From: a virus
Taxonomy: Duplodnaviria > Caudoviricetes
Virus record (IMG/VR): IMGVR_UViG_3300032277_000015
Coordinates: 1 to 41,459 of that record
Length of the DNA stretch: 41,459 bases
Direction: 5' to 3' (one strand)
The notes beneath the pieces are model-generated. The model searched no databases, was not told the origin of the DNA, and saw only the letters and a list, made by a program, of their open reading frames with translations. A program made the translations under genes and the position numbers. Positions 37,096 through 41,459 of this stretch are shown in pieces (within the stretch, counting starts at the first letter, position 1; each line of letters opens with the position of its first letter).

Positions 37096-37662
37096 TTAAG
37101 CTACTTGTATTAATCTATATGTAACATTTACTACAAACTGCGCAACAGGAGTTAAAGTTACAACTGGATTAGCACTTAATGTAGTTGTTAGATTTATTCC
37201 TGCTGAAGATCTAAAAGTTCCAGCTATAGGTGTTGCGATATACGTTTCAGCTGTTGATAATTCACCGGTTGGAAGATTAGCAAATGGTATTTCTACTCTA
37301 TGCTGTGTTGATGCAAAACCTTGGCCGTAAAAAACTCCACCACCTGTTGCTGACCAATTATATGTATTACCAGCTCCTCCTGTATTAATCGATGTTCCAG
37401 TTATACCTAGTATTTCGTATATATAACCAGTGACCGAAGGTAGTATTGTAACTGGTACTGTACCTAATGTAGCTAGCTGAGTGTTAGTAATTGTAACTAC
37501 TGCTGTAACTACGTCTGGTGAGTTTGCTAAACCTATTATATCGCCAACTGAAAAATTTACAGTCCTTGGATCGTCGCTTGTATTTGATAAAGGCATCGAT
37601 GTACCTAATATTAGATCATTAGATTTAGCCGTTGCGCTTGGATAACTTCTTGTGTTTGCCAT
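37096..37662 (-). CDS. Thr-rich beta protein, probable virion structural protein
   Basis: ORF track; composition and N-terminal MANTRSYP...NDLILGT...TVNFSV anchor-like segment. Confidence 0.5.
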   Translation of the reverse strand: MANTRSYPSATAKSNDLILGTSMPLSNTSDDPRTVNFSVGDIIGLANSPDVVTAVVTITNTQLATLGTVPVTILPSVTGYIYEILGITGTSINTGGAGNTYNWSATGGGVFYGQGFASTQHRVEIPFANLPTGELSTAETYIATPIAGTFRSSAGINLTTTLSANPVVTLTPVAQFVVNVTYRLIQVA

Positions 37663-37665
37663 TTT

Positions 37666-37914
37666 TTATTTGTTTTTTGTAACTCTGTTTGTTTCTGGAT
37701 TATATGTTGCCGAGGCGGAAGTTTCACCTGCTCTATCTAATGCTCTTTCCTCTGCTGTCATACGATTTCTAGCTTCTCCTTTAGCTGTCAATGTTCCATC
37801 AGCTGCCATATCGCCACGTTTCTTTAATAACGCTATAGCAAAGCCTCTATCTCTGACCTGAGCCGTGAGTCTATCGACTAATTGCCCGGAACCCATAAAT
37901 CGTTGTGTTTCCAT
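37666..37914 (-). CDS. Hypothetical protein (82 aa), first gene of the minus-strand arm
   Basis: ORF track. Confidence 0.65.
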   Translation of the reverse strand: METQRFMGSGQLVDRLTAQVRDRGFAIALLKKRGDMAADGTLTAKGEARNRMTAEERALDRAGETSASATYNPETNRVTKNK

Positions 37915-37916
37915 AT

Positions 37917-37932
37917 CTATATATACTTACAC
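37917..37932 (-). promoter_or_regulatory. Candidate late-promoter motif GT[AG]A-then-AT-rich (also 37041-37055, 27967-27980, 18381-18397, 11383-11398)
   Basis: Minus strand GTGTAAGTATATA, AAGTGAGTATATA, ATGTAACTATATA, AGGTAATACTAAT and AAGTGATAATTAA in intergenic gaps upstream of late genes; short and AT-rich, so weak. Confidence 0.35.
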
Positions 37933-37956
37933 ATATCACTGTTTATTTACTAATAC

Positions 37957-38003
37957 TGTGACATAAGCCCCTTACTAGTATATATTAATAGGCTAGTGTC
38001 ATA
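37957..38003. repeat. TGTGACA inverted-repeat element, copy B
   Basis: TGTGACATAAGCC-CCTTACTAGTATATATTAATA-GGCTAGTGTCATA. Confidence 0.8.
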
Positions 38004-38177
38004 CTTTTTAAAAAAATGTTACATATTTGGGACAGTTGTGTTATATTTCTCCTATAGAAACATAAATCTCTAGGAAAATTTCCTTTTTTTAGCCACCCCC
38101 GGCGTCATTTTTCAACGTTTTTTCATATATATCGGGAAAATTACAATGATATTATCTAAACATTTACAACTTTTTTT

Positions 38178-38218
38178 TACAAACTAAATACGAAGTATAT
38201 TGGATAATAATAATGTAA
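38178..38218 (+). promoter_or_regulatory. Repeated early promoter-like motif, copy 1
   Basis: TACAAACTAAATACGA-AGTATAT-TGGATAATAATAATGTAA; 19 nt before ATG 38238. Confidence 0.75.
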
Positions 38219-38237
38219 GTAACAAACAATAATAACT

Positions 38238-38375
38238 ATGAAACGAATTAAATACATACAGTCAATCGAATTATTTCTAATAAAAAACCCAGAAGTAATT
38301 GTGCAAGATGTAATGCCAGAATGTATACTCGATGAACTGTATTACTTTCAAAGATGTCAATACAAACTGTTGTAA
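38238..38375 (+). CDS. 45-aa early protein (not in ORF track)
   Basis: AATAACTATG leader; MKRIKYIQSIELFLIKNPEVIVQDVMPECILDELYYFQRCQYKLL*. Confidence 0.6.
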   Translation: MKRIKYIQSIELFLIKNPEVIVQDVMPECILDELYYFQRCQYKLL

Positions 38376-38378
38376 AAG

Positions 38379-38426
38379 TGTGACAATAGCCCCTTACTAT
38401 ACTTAGCTTAATACCCTAATGTCACA
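38379..38426. repeat. TGTGACA inverted-repeat element, copy C
   Basis: TGTGACAATAGCC-CCTTACTATACTTAGCTTAATA-CCCTAATGTCACA. Confidence 0.8.
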
Positions 38427-38448
38427 GTTTTTAATAACAAATAAATAT

Positions 38449-38489
38449 TACAAACTAAATACGAGTTATATTGGATAATATAAATGTAA
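38449..38489 (+). promoter_or_regulatory. Repeated early promoter-like motif, copy 2
   Basis: TACAAACTAAATACGA-GTTATAT-TGGATAATATAAATGTAA; 31 nt before ATG 38521. Confidence 0.75.
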
Positions 38490-38520
38490 CTAAATAATAA
38501 TAACAATTAAAATTAAAACT

Positions 38521-38685
38521 ATGTTAAATAACTATCAATATAAAACTTACTTTAAAATACAATATTGTCATAATACAAATACTTATAAATTTACAATATT
38601 AAATCAAAGTAATGATGAAATACTATACAATAATAATTTCAATAATATAAAAGAAATAAATAAAATTATTCAACAATATAAATAA
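38521..38685 (+). CDS. 54-aa N/K/Y-rich early protein (not in ORF track)
   Basis: MLNNYQYKTYFKIQYCHNTNTYKFTILNQSNDEILYNNNFNNIKEINKIIQQYK*; fills the space between promoter copies 2 and 3. Confidence 0.55.
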   Translation: MLNNYQYKTYFKIQYCHNTNTYKFTILNQSNDEILYNNNFNNIKEINKIIQQYK

Positions 38686-38686
38686 T

Positions 38687-38727
38687 TACAAACTAAATAC
38701 GATACGTATTGGATAATAATAATGTAA
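38687..38727 (+). promoter_or_regulatory. Repeated early promoter-like motif, copy 3
   Basis: TACAAACTAAATACGA-TACGTAT-TGGATAATAATAATGTAA; 33 nt before ATG 38761. Confidence 0.75.
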
Positions 38728-38760
38728 CTAATAAATAATAATAACTTAAATATAATAACT

Positions 38761-38988
38761 ATGCAAAATTTACAATCAAAAAGATTTGTGGTAAGAAAAT
38801 CACTCATCGGCAAAAATCAAATCATCGAAGTCACTTTTAAAAATGGCAAATCATTCACTTACAATCACGATATTGTATATGAATTAATGAAAGACAAGTT
38901 AAATTCTATGAATTGCTTCGAAAAGTATAAATCTTATACATCTTCAACTTCAGTTCCTGTAGTTCTTCGTGACAAAGTAGTAATATAA
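38761..38988 (+). CDS. 75-aa early protein
   Basis: ORF track; ATAACTATG leader. Confidence 0.75.
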   Translation: MQNLQSKRFVVRKSLIGKNQIIEVTFKNGKSFTYNHDIVYELMKDKLNSMNCFEKYKSYTSSTSVPVVLRDKVVI

Positions 38989-39080
38989 ACTACTTGTCAT
39001 GACAAACTGTCACATTGCGAGTAATACCTCGACTATAAATAAAACAAATAAATAATTATACACCTATAAAAATAACTTAT

Positions 39081-39179
39081 ATGAGAAAATTCTTTCACAC
39101 TATTGTATTCAAAATCAGTAACTTTAAAGTATCTGACTATGTAGAAATTGGTTCCGCTCCAAATGAAACTAAGTGGTAA
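39081..39179 (+). CDS. 32-aa peptide (not in ORF track)
   Basis: A-rich leader; MRKFFHTIVFKISNFKVSDYVEIGSAPNETKW*. Confidence 0.45.
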   Translation: MRKFFHTIVFKISNFKVSDYVEIGSAPNETKW

Positions 39180-39236
39180 ATCAAAATGGTGACTATCCGA
39201 ACCATGAAGTGGGCTTTCAAACTGGATAGAAAATAA

Positions 39237-39312
39237 AGACATAACGGTTTCACTCTGCATTTTGACTACGTGAGCTCTACTTTGTGAGGTGGTTCGATTC
39301 CACTAATGTCTA
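39237..39312 (+). ncRNA. tRNA-like element (acceptor stem and T-arm intact; D and anticodon arms non-canonical)
   Basis: AGACAT pairs with ATGTCT; T-arm GGTGG-TTCGATT-CCACT sits directly 5' of the acceptor 3' strand; 76 nt. Confidence 0.5.
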
Positions 39313-39351
39313 CAAACAAAATACGATTATCTTTGGATAATATAAATGTAA
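39311..39351 (+). promoter_or_regulatory. Repeated early promoter-like motif, copy 4
   Basis: TACAAACAAAATACGA-TTATCTT-TGGATAATATAAATGTAA; 26 nt before ATG 39378. Confidence 0.75.
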
Positions 39352-39377
39352 TTAATAACTAATAAAAATAAATAACT

Positions 39378-39497
39378 ATGTGTACTAAATCTTATACTCT
39401 ACTAAAAATCTCGTGGAATCTTTTCGATACTGACTTTGATAAATTAAATGACCAACAAAAATCTAAAGTAATCGATATCTACTACGATTTCTACTAA
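39378..39497 (+). CDS. 39-aa early protein (not in ORF track)
   Basis: AATAACTATG leader; MCTKSYTLLKISWNLFDTDFDKLNDQQKSKVIDIYYDFY*. Confidence 0.6.
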   Translation: MCTKSYTLLKISWNLFDTDFDKLNDQQKSKVIDIYYDFY

Positions 39498-39508
39498 ACT
39501 AAATAACT

Positions 39509-39721
39509 ATGCGAATAATTAAACACTTTAACCCACACTTCCCAGAGCGTGAAACTTACAAATGTACTATACGATACACTACTAAGTTCGGTACGCTAGA
39601 TGAAGTAAATCAGTGGCGAGATGACCAACTAAAAAACGAAGATTATTACAAGTCGCTTGAAGAATCAAATACTAAAGCGGCAGGTGTATTCTACCAAACA
39701 TTAACTTATAAAGGCGATTAA
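39509..39721 (+). CDS. 70-aa early protein
   Basis: ORF track; AATAACTATG leader. Confidence 0.7.
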   Translation: MRIIKHFNPHFPERETYKCTIRYTTKFGTLDEVNQWRDDQLKNEDYYKSLEESNTKAAGVFYQTLTYKGD

Positions 39722-39722
39722 T

Positions 39723-39917
39723 ATGAATAAAAATTTAAAAAACGTAGTATTTACTACAATGATAGGACTATGCACTTTTCAAATAGGTAAAATAGTAAAT
39801 GAAAATAAAATTAAAGAAATAACAGAATCTTATGTTTTACGCACAGAATCAGGTGAAATGCTTGGTTACAATATAGCGATTCTTGACGATGAAAGACTTT
39901 TCACTTATGAAGATTAA
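39723..39917 (+). CDS. 64-aa early protein with hydrophobic N-terminal segment
   Basis: ORF track; VVFTTMIGLCTFQIG. Confidence 0.6.
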   Translation: MNKNLKNVVFTTMIGLCTFQIGKIVNENKIKEITESYVLRTESGEMLGYNIAILDDERLFTYED

Positions 39918-40041
39918 GAAAAATAAGCGTAAATTTAGTCACTATAAGATTAAATTAACAGAAATTGAAGCGATCGAGCGCGAATGGACTATGAGATATA
40001 ACTCTGAAATACCAAAGTGGCAACAAGAAATGTACACTTAA
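39907..40041 (+). CDS. 44-aa basic early protein (not in ORF track)
   Basis: MKIKKNKRKFSHYKIKLTEIEAIEREWTMRYNSEIPKWQQEMYT*; its stop abuts promoter copy 5. Confidence 0.55.
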   Translation: MKIKKNKRKFSHYKIKLTEIEAIEREWTMRYNSEIPKWQQEMYT

Positions 40042-40082
40042 TACAAACAAAATACGATTATCTTTGGATAATAATAATGTAA
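40042..40082 (+). promoter_or_regulatory. Repeated early promoter-like motif, copy 5
   Basis: TACAAACAAAATACGA-TTATCTT-TGGATAATAATAATGTAA; 17 nt before ATG 40100. Confidence 0.75.
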
Positions 40083-40099
40083 CAAATAATTAATATACT

Positions 40100-40300
40100 A
40101 TGCAACAAATTAAATTTATCAACTCAACAACTATTAAGTTAAACAATGTAACTTACAAAGGTTATCCTGTTGGCGAGTTACCAAAACGCTTCGCGTTTAT
40201 CTATGACGAAGACAAAGATCAAGAAGGTATCACTGAGTGGTTTAACTTCAAAGGCTTAACTTATGTCGAGTATAACCCTTCAATCTGGTCTTATGTCTAG
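40100..40300 (+). CDS. 66-aa early protein
   Basis: ORF track. Confidence 0.7.
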   Translation: MQQIKFINSTTIKLNNVTYKGYPVGELPKRFAFIYDEDKDQEGITEWFNFKGLTYVEYNPSIWSYV

Positions 40301-40526
40301 TCCTAAAAACATGAAAGAATTATGCCTCTATGTAAAACAGGCAAGAAAAAATCGTGCGCGAGGGCATAGACTCAAGCACTCACATGAGGTGTGTAGCGGA
40401 TTGACTGACAACGAGTGGAATGCCGTTGTTACAAGGCAGAAAACATCGTTCGCCAAAGGCAAGTCGTTCGCTTACACTGCTCGGTGGAATGACTACAAAG
40501 TAAACTATAAAACAAACAAACTATGA
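40293..40526 (+). CDS. Basic early protein (~77 aa)
   Basis: ORF track 40263..40526; likely start at the ATG overlapping the upstream stop (40293). Confidence 0.6.
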   Translation: MSSPKNMKELCLYVKQARKNRARGHRLKHSHEVCSGLTDNEWNAVVTRQKTSFAKGKSFAYTARWNDYKVNYKTNKL

Positions 40527-40810
40527 AACTAATAGAAGTAAACAACAATGGAACATCTACGTTCTTATTAAATGACGGGCGTGAAATAAAGTCTTATCAA
40601 TCAGGTTATATAAGAGTTAATAACTTTTACCACGATAGACTGTATCAAATAAACAAAAGAATTGAAGTTAGAGACGAATACTGGACAGGTTATTGGCACG
40701 GTAAAGGCTATACTGATAGAGTTATAAGCAGTTACAAGCGTATATTAATTCCAAACGAAATAGATCGACTAGAATATATTATTAACTGGGTAAAGAAAAA
40801 TGTAAAATGA
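40523..40810 (+). CDS. 95-aa early protein
   Basis: ORF track; ATGA coupling. Confidence 0.7.
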   Translation: MKLIEVNNNGTSTFLLNDGREIKSYQSGYIRVNNFYHDRLYQINKRIEVRDEYWTGYWHGKGYTDRVISSYKRILIPNEIDRLEYIINWVKKNVK

Positions 40811-40941
40811 GAAATATAAAACTTAACGACTCAGAGTGTATGTTTATATACTACACATTAAGAAAATACGCCAATCAAACAGAAAATTTAGATGACGATG
40901 ACAAAGAAGACATACACGAAGTAGCAAATAAATTCAAATAA
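40807..40941 (+). CDS. 44-aa acidic early protein (not in ORF track)
   Basis: ATGA-coupled; MRNIKLNDSECMFIYYTLRKYANQTENLDDDDKEDIHEVANKFK*. Confidence 0.6.
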   Translation: MRNIKLNDSECMFIYYTLRKYANQTENLDDDDKEDIHEVANKFK

Positions 40942-40942
40942 T

Positions 40943-41143
40943 ATGACAGAAAAAATAAAAGACTTTGTAGAACACGAGTTAAAAATGTTAGATAAAGGTA
41001 TCGTAGCTACGCCTACAGAAGATTATCTTGAAAACTTTTCAAAAGCTAACAACGGAAGTAATGACTTCTTACTAATGCAAATGGCTAAAAACTTAGGCTA
41101 TAAAATAGCCTTATTAAATATGAAAGATAGATTTTATGAGTAA
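40943..41143 (+). CDS. 66-aa early protein
   Basis: ORF track. Confidence 0.7.
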   Translation: MTEKIKDFVEHELKMLDKGIVATPTEDYLENFSKANNGSNDFLLMQMAKNLGYKIALLNMKDRFYE

Positions 41144-41363
41144 AATGAACGAAATAGATGAGATAGCTCAGTATCAAGCTGATGTTATACTAGAAACCCT
41201 GAAAGAACAGGTGGAATGGTCCATAGCGGACTATGATTTAAGCGGTGATGACTATTATAATCTAAGAGATTACACTGTCTACCAAACTGTAATTAAATTG
41301 CTAGAACAAGTGGATCTTGTAGATGTTGATAATTACAAACAAAATACGATTATCTCTGGATAA
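41136..41363 (+). CDS. 75-aa acidic early protein
   Basis: ORF track; 3' end overlaps promoter copy 6. Confidence 0.7.
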   Translation: MSKMNEIDEIAQYQADVILETLKEQVEWSIADYDLSGDDYYNLRDYTVYQTVIKLLEQVDLVDVDNYKQNTIISG

Positions 41364-41374
41364 TATATATGTAA
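41334..41374 (+). promoter_or_regulatory. Repeated early promoter-like motif, copy 6
   Basis: TACAAACAAAATACGA-TTATCTC-TGGATAATATATATGTAA; 19 nt before ATG 41394. Confidence 0.75.
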
Positions 41375-41393
41375 CAAATAAAAATAATAAACT

Positions 41394-41459
41394 ATGTATT
41401 GTAAATGTGGAAATGAAGTACACCCTGTGAGGTTGGAATTAGGTTATAAAACGTGTGTT
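41394..41459 (+). CDS. Partial ORF, DksA/TraR-like C4 zinc-finger protein
   Basis: MYCKCGNEVHPVRLELGYKTCV, truncated at the window edge; resembles CxxCGxxIxxxRLxxxxxxxxCVxC. Confidence 0.5.
   Translation, partial: MYCKCGNEVHPVRLELGYKTCV

Noticed and set aside
705-37861. Plus-strand ORFs of the track within the late arm (e.g. 705, 2289, 6830, 13193, 33192, 35226)
   Set aside because: All are antisense to long, motif-bearing minus-strand genes; their S/L/F-rich translations are typical shadow frames.
39033-39260. 75-aa minus-strand ORF in the early arm
   Set aside because: Opposes the direction of all neighbours and overlaps a plus-strand peptide and the tRNA-like element.
39237-39312. Canonical tRNA gene
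   Set aside because: No D-arm or 5-bp/7-nt anticodon arm can be drawn and no anticodon can be assigned; kept only as tRNA-like.
38178-41374. Six 41-bp repeats as a CRISPR array
   Set aside because: Repeat spacing is 238-1292 bp and irregular, the intervening DNA is protein-coding, the repeat has a variable internal spacer, and no cas genes are present.
1-41459. Stop-codon reassignment as in some crAss-like phages
   Set aside because: Genes are full length under the standard code, and TAG (e.g. portal 22041) and TGA (e.g. groEL 35132) act as stops at gene junctions.
1-41459. Prophage or mobile-element boundaries
   Set aside because: No integrase, transposase or host housekeeping context; groEL/groES sit inside the phage late operon.

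Overview
This window is about 41.5 kb of an AT-rich, lytic-looking podovirus genome. The host is most likely a Bacteroidota (flavobacterial) bacterium, inferred from A-rich, Shine-Dalgarno-less translation leaders and head/tail proteins that recall crAss-like and Cellulophaga-phage-like podoviruses. Positions 1-37914 form one minus-strand late/structural arm. It encodes GroEL, GroES, a winged-helix protein, small basic proteins, a holin, a tail fibre with an S74 chaperone, a tandem GroES-like protein, terminase, portal, scaffold, major capsid, ring proteins, a split nozzle and ejection proteins. Positions 38178-41459 form a divergent plus-strand arm of tiny ORFs punctuated by six copies of a 41-bp bipartite promoter-like motif. 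The most striking object is missing from the ORF track because it runs off the left edge: a >=2474-codon minus-strand ORF starting at 7423. By manual translation it carries, in order, a HExxH zincin metallopeptidase, a LysM domain, a sigma70 region-2-like segment, an EHxxP His-Me-finger-like segment and a complete HAD phosphatase. Four [K/M]ASKR motifs fall at the domain boundaries. I propose (inference) an injected, self-processing polyprotein whose sigma-like piece may read the six phage-specific early promoters. Also seen: a family of ~47-bp TGTGACA inverted-repeat elements and a 76-nt tRNA-like element. All domain calls are motif recognition by eye; no searches were run.
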